Source of the DNA: Verrucomicrobiota bacterium
GTDB taxonomy: Bacteria > Verrucomicrobiota > Verrucomicrobiia > Chthoniobacterales > UBA10450
Length of the DNA stretch: 64,000 nucleotides
Assembly: GCA_003217875.1 (NCBI GenBank)
Contig: QHMR01000017.1
Coordinates: forward strand, 2,711 to 66,710
Reading direction: 5' to 3'
Program-made: the position numbers and the translations under genes
The notes under the pieces: model-generated
Told to the model about the DNA's origin: nothing
Database searches by the model: none
Seen by the model: only the letters and a program-made list of their open reading frames with translations
Part shown: piece by piece, positions 10,701 to 17,274 of the stretch
Layout of the letters: every line of letters starts with the position of its first letter
Position numbering within the stretch: position 1 is the first letter of the stretch

Positions 10701-10967
10701 ATCGAAGAAGTTCTGGGATTCCAACGCCGCGGCGACACGCTCACGATCGATCCGGTCATACCGAAAGATTGGCCTGGTTTCCGTTTGCGATATCGTTTTC
10801 AGGACACTACTTATCGCATCTCGGTCGAGAACCCTGAACACTGTGCCCGAGGTGTCACCCTAGTGGAATTGGATGGAGCCGCGGTAGCCGACAAAATTGT
10901 AATGTTACGTAACGACGCGCTGCCTCACGAGGTCCGTGTTGTTTTAGGACCTAAACCGCCGACGTGA
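1794..10967 (+). CDS. ndvB: Cyclic beta-1,2-glucan synthase (Cgs/NdvB/ChvB type: GT84 glycosyltransferase plus GH94 phosphorylase-like domain), 3057 aa
   Basis: The GT84 core reads GYTIIQPSVSASLPSATATWFSRIFADPRGIDPYTHAVSDVYQDLVGEGSYHGKGIY...LSHDLLEG...QHRWIRGDWQI, flanked by TM helices. The C-terminal GH94 signature reads YQSSGAYGFRDQLQDVMALV...VQHWWHP...GGDWNDGLN...GGQYTHAATW. Size is typical of the family plus an N-terminal extension of about 200 aa. The exact start is uncertain. Confidence 0.9.
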   Translation: MRFWRKKAHRVLVVGIFQSVGTGRAVLQNLHRARFRRAAAIHASAKGRQRVEEQGISAIGGSAAVSVLSLALGAFIFWERGTLGNYRPSELALVLAAFALAGATTGWILVQLLREHVDAASLARFTSTILPNETVVLAEVEASEASRALAILRDVEAEAPVTFGFYPPPPFSVEPTARPLSHELPSSQRLVENAASLASAIAVSRGAKPRGPSFLHRLLEIEDALEWANMGLTMSADAHHAFTLSAEWLLDNAYLIREQVTDLRKSLPQKYYGKLPLIANGPAAGLPRVYHVAAEMVAETDGALEPEIIRRFLAAFQAITPLDIGELWALPLMLRLQLLECIRALAIQVDQQQRESEEADFWANRLITAVRHSSPRLLKIMEQLVERYPEPTPHFASELVAHLYDDEGALPVVSGWLERSLRSPLLEVMQQEHRHQAVQQTALTNAINSCRRLAQIQWRELFQSTSWAESELAADPAGVYARMDFETRDRCRSAVEEIARWSNCSEQNAIDRALALAKAARDEVARHVGYYLIDAGRPVLEQATGARVPLAERSRRWLRAHAVGAYFGSFFLLMAAFVTAPLLLVTGLVPWMTLALLGLLLLLPASELAVLVVNYFVTLLLPPQALPKMSFEKEGIPDDCRTLVVVPMLLTTPSAIQSQLSRLEIHYLGNTDRNLRFSLLTDFSDAPRQSMPEDTEYIDIVARGIEELNRRHGAGHFFLFHRGRMWSESEQRWIGWERKRGKLEQLNRFLIGESGPELEGFLCAGDRAQLEGIRFVITLDADTQLLRDTARRMIETLAHPLNQARLSPDGHVIRGYTIIQPSVSASLPSATATWFSRIFADPRGIDPYTHAVSDVYQDLVGEGSYHGKGIYELQTFHRLLSGRFPTAHLLSHDLLEGCHVRVGLATDIELLDVFPNSYIAWWSRQHRWIRGDWQIIDWLKSCVPVGGGKMEPNPLSAFNRWKIFDNLRRSLVPPATVALLLAGWFFTPTPMLWSGLIAALMLWPVLNAFLELLFHPPPPGTRFWRDPRDRLLRVMLTVIFLADNSAMALDAIVRVIYRRITSHRLLLEWETAADAHRRARSRQLQFILSRLWIPAACVFLFVGAASRGTAAMVAAAPFLLLGALFPMAVMVINRPAKSWRGGTLTSDDRRFLSAVARRTWRYFDDFVGPQTSWLPPDNIQETPTREIFMRTSPTNIGLSMLATVAANDFGYITIDDLVERNLRTLETLGRLERFEGHLFNWYDLSTLEPLRPRYVSAVDSGNLLASLWTFETSCDELAARPLLDESALRGIADTLSVLRQIAPNMKQAERPSAFLRLAELTMGQPANLEEIILRVRAARQPAQDLLLHYRGRETDPRAYWVQQISKQVAAWNGVIDKYLRPVEILMSPPAQLMLLGEATHESRREALAATFSLRNIAIEGISGLVPLLPFYQRREDQEISRDVREWLDLLVTEVDRSRRNASEQLAQLDELIGQSQQLEGGMGLRFLYDEERRIFAIGYQVAERRLETSFYDLLASEARLTSFLAIARGEVPVEHWWALSRPFGSAYGRLPLLSWSGTMFEYLMPLLFTQTHENSLLDRACYDAVRCQIGYARQSRVPWGISESAFSALDRHNVYQYRAFGVPALALKRGQEDDLVVAPYAAALALGVEPAAAMKNLRRLANLGDSALLGDYGYYEAIDYSRRAELDGAAGIIIHCYMVHHQGMSLLAYDNALHDNAMRRRFHSDPRIRATEPLLHEHIPEQILPTTGEAHEERPVRQTIATVGAPAVAQTPDIASPRTHLLSNGTCSVTVTNSGGGYLRWLELDVTRWRADATCDMSGPFCYIRDLESGTTWSNTHQPVRSPERRYTWSFTADKAEFRRRSGPCETITEIVISAEDDAEVRRVTLVNTSRKTCQLELTSYLELALAPHRTDRAHPAFNKLFIETEWLPNCEALVARRRLRGPDDRSVWAAHLMVPESPIEAMEFETDRTKFLGRGRTTENPKALSRHLTNSIGAVLDPIFSLRRRVTILPNQRFQFALVTVVAESREAVVTLAGRYSEFHTCARAFETAWTHSQLEMRRLHIRRADVQTFQQLAGLIIFPQAQLRPPPARLGRRAEGQRALWRQSISGDLPIVVVMIGHLRDMEVVREILTAHTFWHLRGLKVDLVLVSEELPSYEEPLTEHLRRLTEAQAHLTGVDQPGGVYLRSATKISKEELIALQAAARMVLVAARGTLRQQLAATAPAAAKPRQLVPGRHFREEPSAPLSFMELKYFNGLGGFTEDGKEFVIYLGPSTHTPLPWINIMANPKFGTLVSESGAECVWGRNSQNDRLTPWFNDPICDPPGTAIYIRDDEIGVVWSPTPKPIREKDAYRARHGQGYTTFEHNSHAIEQWLLTFVPVDDTGGQPVRLQRLRLRNNSSRRRKLTVTAYATLVLGPDPEETGMHIVTKWDLQSQSLFARNSYNPEFCDCITFATSAPTPTSFTADRAGFIGRNRSLRDPAAMEQERLTGEVGAGLDPCAAVQIAIEIEPGDIAEMTFLFGQADGEEKARGLVTRFRDPANVEAAFQETRHWWDRLLSTIEVETPELSTNFLLNRWLLYQTLSCRVWGRTALYQSSGAYGFRDQLQDVMALVHASPHLAREHILRAAARQFVEGDVQHWWHPESGVGVRTRISDDLLWLPFVTAHYVRTTGDAAILDQMIPFLEGKPLEEQQTESLSIPVASATEASLLEHCRRAIRRAATSGPHGLPLIGGGDWNDGLNRVGLGGKGESVWLAWFEICVLRDFAELLALRELDKEAQACHTRAVELAKTVDAQAWDGAWYCRGYFDDGTPFGARENAEARIDSLPQSWAAICGAGDSERVDVALRSLEENLVREADDLILLFTPPFDKTIADVGYIKGYPPGVRENGGQYTHAATWVAMAFARQGDGDKAVRLLRMLNPIEHARDEKDCERYKVEPYVMPGDVYSLAGHVGRGGWTWYTGAAGWTYRVWIEEVLGFQRRGDTLTIDPVIPKDWPGFRLRYRFQDTTYRISVENPEHCARGVTLVELDGAAVADKIVMLRNDALPHEVRVVLGPKPPT

Positions 10968-11014
10968 GGAATCATCTGGTCGCCGCCGCACCTCCGGAGC
11001 AGATCTCGTGAACG

Positions 11015-11113
11015 GTCGCTCAGAACAGGTGGTGTATTCGGTAACCCGCTAAGTTCTACCCCGGATCGGTCGTGGTCAAGAGTCACCTGCTCTGCCAATT
11101 GAGCTAACGGTGC
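11015..11113 (-). repeat. tRNA-Lys(CUU)-like element, copy B
   Basis: The minus strand from 11113 reads GCACCGT-TA-GCTC-AATTGGCA-GAGC-A-GGTGA-CTCTTGA-CCACG. By hand alignment 39 of 43 positions match copy A, and all four differences are A in copy A versus G in copy B. The next ~55 nt are only loosely similar but keep a GGTAR...TTACC hairpin. There is no T-arm and no 3' acceptor strand. Confidence 0.55.
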
Positions 11114-11120
11114 TGGAATA

Positions 11121-11139
11121 AAATTCGAATGTCGAATTT
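11121..11139 (-). terminator. AT-rich hairpin just downstream of rpmH (weak terminator candidate)
   Basis: Minus strand: AAATTCGA-CAT-TCGAATTT followed by TATT. That is an 8-bp stem with a 3-nt loop, 7 nt after the rpmH stop and 8 nt before tRNA-like copy B. Confidence 0.35.
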
Positions 11140-11145
11140 CGAAAA

Positions 11146-11319
11146 TCAAGCCCGCGTGTGGCGGACGTAATGCCTCTCGACGCCTTTCGGGAGCAGCCGT
11201 TTGCGGCCGCGTTGACGCCGGCGCGCAAGAGTCGCCCGACCGCCTTTGGTGCGCATCCGCGCACGAAAGCCGTGCTGTCGTTTCCGCGTCCGCTTGGATG
11301 GCTGATAAGTGCGTTTCAT
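11146..11319 (-). CDS. rpmH: 50S ribosomal protein L34 (57 aa, with an unusual ~13-aa C-terminal tail)
   Basis: Own translation: [57 protein letters not shown]. The first ~44 aa are the canonical L34 sequence. It is too short for the ORF track and is hidden inside the spurious 160-aa ORF 10925..11407. Confidence 0.9.
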   Translation of the reverse strand: MKRTYQPSKRTRKRQHGFRARMRTKGGRATLARRRQRGRKRLLPKGVERHYVRHTRA

Positions 11320-11471
11320 AAATGGCGAAATGGCTTTTGCCCAGTCGGAGAGCGGTTACGCTATGGGCACGCGCAAGTTTGTCAATGCTGCCGGTATTCG
11401 TCTCCACGCGTCAATGCTCTCTCAATTAGGATTGCCAGCGACTCCGATTTCTGAAATAACCAGAGCGGGCA

Positions 11472-11957
11472 ATGGGCGAACAAGAACATGTCGTGGTCGA
11501 GCCGGCGACTGAGGCCGACCTGGATGAATTGTCGAAACTGCTGGGCGAATTGTTTGCTCAGGAAAGCGATTTTCGACCAGACAAGCACAAACAGCTTCGC
11601 GGGTTGCGACTCATTTTCGAACAACCCAGTCGCGGGCGCGTTTTCGTGCTGCGGCGCGACGGTGTGATTGTGGGCATGATCAATTTGCTGTTTACTATTA
11701 GCACCGCCGAAGGCGGCTTTGTGATTTTGCTCGAGGACCTGGTAATCCACAAAGAGTACCAGGCGAAGGGCTACGGATCAAAGCTGCTCAACCACGCCAT
11801 CGATTTTGCGAAGAAGAAAAATTTCCTTCGCATCACGCTGTTGACTGATCGACCCGAAAATGTCGCGCAGGAATTTTTCCGACGTCACGGGTTCGTTGAG
11901 TCTACGATGATCCCGATGCGTCTGTGGATTACGCCGCAGCAAAATAGTGATCAGTGA
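11472..11957 (+). CDS. GNAT family N-acetyltransferase
   Basis: Acetyl-CoA binding motif region ...VIHKEYQAKGYGSKLLNHAIDFAKKKNFLRITLLTD...EFFRRHGF. Confidence 0.8.
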   Translation: MGEQEHVVVEPATEADLDELSKLLGELFAQESDFRPDKHKQLRGLRLIFEQPSRGRVFVLRRDGVIVGMINLLFTISTAEGGFVILLEDLVIHKEYQAKGYGSKLLNHAIDFAKKKNFLRITLLTDRPENVAQEFFRRHGFVESTMIPMRLWITPQQNSDQ

Positions 11958-14561
11958 TTAGTGATTAGTGGGCCACGGAGGTCGCTCCTTGGCGCTCGCG
12001 GCATCCGAGTGATGATCGAGCCAGGTGTTCAGTTGAGTCACGAGGCGTTTTTTGAATTCTGACCGAAATTGAACTTCGTCGACGACTTTTGCTACTTCCG
12101 GAGCGCTGGCCGGAGGCAAATTATTTTTGGCGTAAGTTTTTAACTCATCCGCGCGCAAGTCATCAGAGAAAAAGGTAAACAGACTGGGCGCGTAGCGGTT
12201 TGCACCCGCCGCATCGATCTTCGCGAGCAGCGCTTTCATGTTTGTCCTGGCGAATTCCCAGGCAATGTCCGGATGCCCGCTGTCGCGTGCGACTTTTGGG
12301 ACAAGAGAAGTCGCACGGCTCGTTGGCAGCTCATCCGTGAGAGCAATCGCAAGTGTCTTCTTCACCAATTTCGGATCAGTCACACAACCAAGCGCATTGT
12401 AGTAATTTTGTTTTTCCTCAATGCTCGTCGTTGTCAGTCCGAGCTGGTGCAGCTTCGTCCAAGTTTTTTCGTCGGCATAACGGCAGACGACTGCAAAAAC
12501 TGCGGGCCGCAGATCTGGTGCGAGCGATGCAGGGTTCGCGAGATATTTTTCGAAACGTTCGCGGCAGCCGGCAATTATTTCCGGGTCATTCAAATCTCCC
12601 AGAGCGCTGATCAAGCTCGCGCGGAGGTTTGCGGCGGTGGACGGCTCCCCTTGTTTTGGTTCCCAGCCGAGTATCTCAAATATCGGACGCAAAAGCGATT
12701 GGGCATAACGTTGAAATTTTTCTCGCTCCGGATTTCCGGCTAGCAGCCCGTTAATGAAAGCCAGCACATTGATTATCTGTTCGCGTTCGGCGATTTCAGT
12801 CGAAGCGGGCAATTTCTCGACCAACTGAAAATAGCGCGACGCAGGCGCGCGATCGGCCTGCACAAGAGCCCACGCATCGCTGAGAAGATTAACGCGATCC
12901 TCAACGCCCAGCGTCGGCACAGCTTGAAGTAACAAACTCCAGGGTGGCTCGTCATATTCAACGCGATAATTTCCAGCGCCCTTTACATTCAACTTGACCG
13001 CGCGATCTGCGGGAATGTTCTCCAGAATCTCTGTCTTACCTGTCATCAACAAAGTCGCAGGCGCTTGTCCGATGACCAAATACGTCAGCGGGATCTTCCA
13101 CTCCAACGGCGGGACGTTTTTGAAATTCACGGTGAAGCGCTTTTGGGTAAACCGAACTTTTCCGTCTGTTTCCCGCTTAACCGTCACGACTGGAAATCCG
13201 GGCTGCTCGGTCCAGCCAGCTGCGATGTCGCCGACCGGTTTCTTGGACGCTTCCGAGAGAGCATTCCACAAATCTGCGGTCGTCGTGTTCGAATATTCGT
13301 GCGCGGCGATGTACCGCCGAATTCCATCGCGGAACACGTCTTCGCCCAGAAAACTCTCCAGCATTCGCAGAAACGATAGTCCCTTTTTGTAGGTGATATC
13401 ATCAAAAGCGCTGTTGGCTTCCGCCTCTGTTGCGATGTGTTGCTGAATCGCATGCGTGGTCGATCTCGCATCGCTCTCCATGGCTTGCTCTTTAGCGATG
13501 CCGATGCGCCGAGTGGGATCGCGCGGCAAATTGCGCCGCAGCCAGACCTCCCATTGCGGGTTGAAATGCGCGGTGCACTTGGTGCCCATCCATGAGGCGA
13601 ACCCTTCGTTGAGCCAGAGATTGTCCCACCAGGCCATCGTCACGAGATCGCCGAACCACATGTGCGCTACTTCGTGCGCGATCACTTCGTAGATATTTTG
13701 CTTTGTCTCGGTGGACGAATTTTTCGGATCAAACAAAAGCGCAGACTCGTAATAAGTGATCCCGCCCCAGTTTTCCATAGCGCCACCGAAACCGCCCGGC
13801 AGAGCGATTTGGTCCAGCTTCGGCAACGGATACGGCACGCCAAAATAATCGTTGTAGTATTGCAAAATCTGCGCCGTGGCTTCGAGTGCGTAGCGGCCCA
13901 GTTCTGCTTTGCCTTTCGTTGCGATCACGCGGACCTGCGTCGAGTCGCTTCGCGCTTCGATGACATCGAGCTCGCCAGCAACGAAGACATTCAGATAACT
14001 CGACATCGGCGGAGTCGCCGCAAAGCGTACCTCTTTGCCTTCCGTGATTTTTCTTTCGCTCTCGATCGGCATGTTCGACACAACGAGCCAGTTTTCCGGC
14101 ACCACGGCGCTTAATTGAAAACGGGCGCGAAAAACGGGTTCATCCCAGCAAGGAAAAAATCGCCGGGCATCCGTCGCTTCGAGCGCGAGAGTATGATCTC
14201 CTTGCGCAAGCTTTAAGGGCAACGTGAGCGTAAGCAGTTCCTTTTCTTTGTCGGTCTTGATTGCAGACGCCGGCAAATCTTTGCCGTCAACAGACGCTGC
14301 TTCAATTTTGAGTTCGAGCGTGTTAAGCACCAGCTGATGAACCGGGCTGCGCACGTTTAGCTTCACCGTTTCTGTTCCAGTGAAAGTGAACTGGTCGATT
14401 TTCGGAACGATACGGATGGAGTAATCCGTCGGAACAACCTCTTTCGGCAATTTTCCTGGCGTTTCCTTAAAACTGAACGGCTTTTCCGCAGTCACGATTG
14501 AGGGAACCATAATAGAAAACAAAGCCGCCCAACAAAGAACCCACGCTCGCATTTGTCGCAC
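11958..14561 (-). CDS. M1 family zinc aminopeptidase (aminopeptidase N-like), secreted
   Basis: It has GAMEN (GGFGGAMENWG), HEVAHMWFGD...WLNEGFA (HEXXH-18-E), an N-terminal signal peptide and an ERAP1-like C-terminal domain. The N-domain appears to carry an in-frame gap (see findings). Confidence 0.9.
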   Translation of the reverse strand: MRQMRAWVLCWAALFSIMVPSIVTAEKPFSFKETPGKLPKEVVPTDYSIRIVPKIDQFTFTGTETVKLNVRSPVHQLVLNTLELKIEAASVDGKDLPASAIKTDKEKELLTLTLPLKLAQGDHTLALEATDARRFFPCWDEPVFRARFQLSAVVPENWLVVSNMPIESERKITEGKEVRFAATPPMSSYLNVFVAGELDVIEARSDSTQVRVIATKGKAELGRYALEATAQILQYYNDYFGVPYPLPKLDQIALPGGFGGAMENWGGITYYESALLFDPKNSSTETKQNIYEVIAHEVAHMWFGDLVTMAWWDNLWLNEGFASWMGTKCTAHFNPQWEVWLRRNLPRDPTRRIGIAKEQAMESDARSTTHAIQQHIATEAEANSAFDDITYKKGLSFLRMLESFLGEDVFRDGIRRYIAAHEYSNTTTADLWNALSEASKKPVGDIAAGWTEQPGFPVVTVKRETDGKVRFTQKRFTVNFKNVPPLEWKIPLTYLVIGQAPATLLMTGKTEILENIPADRAVKLNVKGAGNYRVEYDEPPWSLLLQAVPTLGVEDRVNLLSDAWALVQADRAPASRYFQLVEKLPASTEIAEREQIINVLAFINGLLAGNPEREKFQRYAQSLLRPIFEILGWEPKQGEPSTAANLRASLISALGDLNDPEIIAGCRERFEKYLANPASLAPDLRPAVFAVVCRYADEKTWTKLHQLGLTTTSIEEKQNYYNALGCVTDPKLVKKTLAIALTDELPTSRATSLVPKVARDSGHPDIAWEFARTNMKALLAKIDAAGANRYAPSLFTFFSDDLRADELKTYAKNNLPPASAPEVAKVVDEVQFRSEFKKRLVTQLNTWLDHHSDAASAKERPPWPTNH

Positions 14562-14631
14562 TAAACAACGCGTGTGTGTTTTTTCACCCGCAAATGATAA
14601 GAACGGCGCGTACGGAGTGACGCCCTACCGC

Positions 14632-15075
14632 CTACTCAACAACCAGCACCAGCAGCAATTGTCCGCTCCCGATTTGCGGACCTTTAATGACCAACGGGCT
14701 GCGCTTGCTCAGCTTCGCATCTGTTTCCAGCAAGAGCTCTTTCTCTTTATAAAGTTTTAGGTTCAAAACGTAGCCTGCTTCGCTCTCGCCTCGGGCATCA
14801 ACATGCAGACCGAAGAATTTGCTGGTCGCAAGCCAATCTTCCTGGCCGGTCTTGAGTGTCTTTTGCGATTGGCCGATCACCTGAAATTGATTGTAGCCGA
14901 AAAACTTTTTCAGGGGTCCCTCGATGCGTGTCAATTCTGGCGGAATCGGTTGTGGTTGTGCGACATTTTCCGCGATGACGAGTCCACTCCAGACCGTCTC
15001 TGCGCCCCTCAGTCCCGGGATCGCGCTGAGGATGAGGGCGAAAACAGGAATCAAGTACGCTGACACGCCACCCAT
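14632..15075 (-). CDS. Secreted hypothetical protein, third gene of the ECF sigma/anti-sigma operon
   Basis: Signal peptide MGGVSAYLIPVFALILSAIPGLRG. It lies 6 nt downstream of the anti-sigma gene. No family recognised. Confidence 0.55.
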   Translation of the reverse strand: MGGVSAYLIPVFALILSAIPGLRGAETVWSGLVIAENVAQPQPIPPELTRIEGPLKKFFGYNQFQVIGQSQKTLKTGQEDWLATSKFFGLHVDARGESEAGYVLNLKLYKEKELLLETDAKLSKRSPLVIKGPQIGSGQLLLVLVVE

Positions 15076-15081
15076 AAGCAG

Positions 15082-15609
15082 TTATTTGGCCGCGTAATCG
15101 GCCGGCAAACTTTGCAATCCCTCTGTCCAAAGAACCGTCACGCGGTCCTGTTTTACCTCAAACATTGAGACGGTCGCATTTGGGCTGACTACCGGATCAA
15201 CGCGGGCGTTGAGGATTTGGGTCAAATACGATGACTCCTCAGTCGGAGTTTTTTCGTGCACGACGAAAAGCGTACAAACCAAAAAGACGGCGAGCGACAG
15301 AGTGCCTGCCCACAACAGACGAGGAATGGTCCACCACGTGGAGGTCGTGGCGGAGCGTCTGCCAGACGACTGAGACGCCTCGGCATCTTCCTGCGCGATT
15401 TTTTCGTGCACCTGATGACTGAAGAACTCTTGGTTCGTCAATGTCCGGGCGCCCAGCTCTTGTTTCAGGAGCTGCCGAAGTTTTCTTGCGTCCGCCTTTT
15501 CAACTTCAGCGGCAGCTTTGTCGGGGAGCGAGGCTTCGAACTTCGCCAATTCTCGCCCGCTAAGCTGGCCATCGAGCCATGCTGTCCATTTTTCCTCAAA
15601 TGTTTTCAT
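15082..15609 (-). CDS. Anti-sigma factor (single TM)
   Basis: The N-terminus MKTFEEKWTAWLDGQLSGRELAKFEASL is a typical anti-sigma N-domain, and there is a central TM helix. It overlaps the upstream ECF sigma gene by 14 nt. Confidence 0.7.
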   Translation of the reverse strand: MKTFEEKWTAWLDGQLSGRELAKFEASLPDKAAAEVEKADARKLRQLLKQELGARTLTNQEFFSHQVHEKIAQEDAEASQSSGRRSATTSTWWTIPRLLWAGTLSLAVFLVCTLFVVHEKTPTEESSYLTQILNARVDPVVSPNATVSMFEVKQDRVTVLWTEGLQSLPADYAAK

Positions 15610-16207
15610 AAACGTCCCTCAACAAATTTTGCAATTTCTTACGCGCATAAAACAGACGCGACATGACCGTGCCAATGGAGCATCCCAAGGCCTCTGCGAT
15701 CTCGTGGTATTGCATGTCTTCGAGTTCCTTCATCAAAATGACAGCGCGTTGCTCGGGCGAAAGCTGTGTGATTGCTTGCTCGATCCGGGCACGAATTTCG
15801 TCTCGTTCCATCATCTCGTAGGGCAATGCTTCCGTTTTGGGAACGGTTTTGGACGCGGGATCAACTTGCCTCAACTGAATCGCGTCATCGAACTCCGCGC
15901 CTGCGCCTTTCACCTGCTTTTTGCGCAGCCAATCAATCGTCACGTTCATGACGATGCGATAAATCCAAGTGTAAAAGGCGGAGCGTCCGCGAAAGCGTTT
16001 AATTGACTTCCACGCTTTGAGGAAGCTGTCTTGAGCCAGATCCCAGGCGTCCTGCTCGCTATGTACCATGTTGTAAACCATGCTAAACACACGTGTCCGG
16101 TAGCGGGTCACGAGCTCGTCGAATGCTTCGGTGTCACCGGCCTGGCATCGTCTTACCAGATCGAATTCCGATACATCGGCCTGAGCCGGAGTCGCTTCCG
16201 TTTGCAT
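15596..16207 (-). CDS. ECF (sigma-70 family group IV) RNA polymerase sigma factor
   Basis: Region 2 reads FDELVTRYRTRVFSMVYNMV...DAWDLAQDSFLKAWKSIKRFRG. Region 4 reads LSPEQRAVILMKELEDMQYHEIAEALGCSIGTVMSRLFYARKKL. Confidence 0.9.
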   Translation of the reverse strand: MQTEATPAQADVSEFDLVRRCQAGDTEAFDELVTRYRTRVFSMVYNMVHSEQDAWDLAQDSFLKAWKSIKRFRGRSAFYTWIYRIVMNVTIDWLRKKQVKGAGAEFDDAIQLRQVDPASKTVPKTEALPYEMMERDEIRARIEQAITQLSPEQRAVILMKELEDMQYHEIAEALGCSIGTVMSRLFYARKKLQNLLRDVYENI

Positions 16208-16235
16208 GATTGGACGGAACGCGCCCTTATTTCAT

Positions 16236-16901
16236 TCAACTGCGATTACCTTCAGAGCCGAACCGGCGACGCCACTCGCCGCGGTATTCGCCCATTAGGG
16301 CGATAATGCCGTCCCGCACTCGAAAGAGTCGCTGCTGCAGGACTGTGTATTGCGAACGGGTGATCGGCCCCGCAGGTTTCCGCAATTGTGCCGCCGCGTC
16401 CATCGCAATGGTGATGGCTTTCAAGGCGCGCTTTAAATACGCGATCGTCATCCCGATTTCATCAAGGCTATCGCCGCTCAATGCTGCTGCGAGCTTGGCG
16501 CTGGCCAGGGCAGCGTGGGTCGCCAGTTTCACCGCTGCCGGTTCGTTTTGGAGTGAAGCATTTTGATCGAACAGTTGATCGATCCAAATAGTGAGCGCGA
16601 ACGCAGCGCGATATAGGTCATGCTCCTCGAAGACCTCTGCCGACCTGTTGGTGTTGACCGCCTCCTCATCGTCGGTTACACCCTCATCGAGCAACGCATC
16701 GACTTCCGCGCTCCAATCCTTGGCATCCAACAGCTGCGTCCAACCCATCTCTCGAGCGATGATTTCGTCGCGGTCGGGATCATCAAGGTACGTCTCCAGC
16801 AATTGCATGTACTTTTCGGTCTTGCCATCCTGCTGCTGAAGGAAGCGCTCCCACTCGTACTCATCCCAGATACGTTCGGACTCACCCTCGTACTCAGCCA
16901 T
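16236..16901 (-). CDS. Acidic hypothetical protein upstream of the ECF sigma gene
   Basis: 221-aa ORF (MAEYEGESERIWDEYEWERFLQQQ...) on the same strand as the ECF operon. No family recognised. Confidence 0.5.
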   Translation of the reverse strand: MAEYEGESERIWDEYEWERFLQQQDGKTEKYMQLLETYLDDPDRDEIIAREMGWTQLLDAKDWSAEVDALLDEGVTDDEEAVNTNRSAEVFEEHDLYRAAFALTIWIDQLFDQNASLQNEPAAVKLATHAALASAKLAAALSGDSLDEIGMTIAYLKRALKAITIAMDAAAQLRKPAGPITRSQYTVLQQRLFRVRDGIIALMGEYRGEWRRRFGSEGNRS

Positions 16902-17025
16902 ACCGGACTAAACGCGAGCTTCGCGGTGTGCGCAAAATTTTTCGCACCGGCTTTGCTTCCTCACCAGAAAATCTTCCGAGCGCAGCTGATTGCATCAGAG
17001 ATATCCATGACTAGGTTCGTCATGA

Positions 17026-17226
17026 ATGGCCAAGCGCGTTGCAAAATCCAGTGTTCTAGCCTTGCTGATTGCGCTCTTGCTGTCTGCTTGCGCCTCGTCC
17101 GGTGATGAGTCAGCGGGCAGCGGGTCGACCACTCAATCTACCGGGACTGTTCCTGGAGAAAAACTATCCGACGAGGGAACGCTCGCTCCCGGCCCGCCTG
17201 GATCCAGCGGAAGCGTACGCTGGTGA
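17026..17226 (+). CDS. Small lipoprotein
   Basis: Signal peptide with a canonical lipobox LLLSAC, followed by a Gly/Ser/Thr-rich segment. Confidence 0.5.
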   Translation: MAKRVAKSSVLALLIALLLSACASSGDESAGSGSTTQSTGTVPGEKLSDEGTLAPGPPGSSGSVRW

Positions 17227-17274
17227 TCTGGTTGTTGTTGTGCCATCCTTGCTCGAGCTTCCGGCTTTAGGCCT

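Noticed and set aside
1440-11113. Integrative mobile element or genomic island with recognisable mobility genes
   Set aside because: No integrase, transposase, relaxase or phage genes occur in or next to the bracketed segment. Only the repeat architecture is suggestive, so it is kept as a hypothesis rather than a mobile_element feature.
10925-11407. 160-aa ORF on the minus strand
   Set aside because: It runs through tRNA-like copy B and overlaps, in another frame, the clearly recognisable L34 gene (11146-11319). The translation is low-complexity and Arg/Ala-rich.
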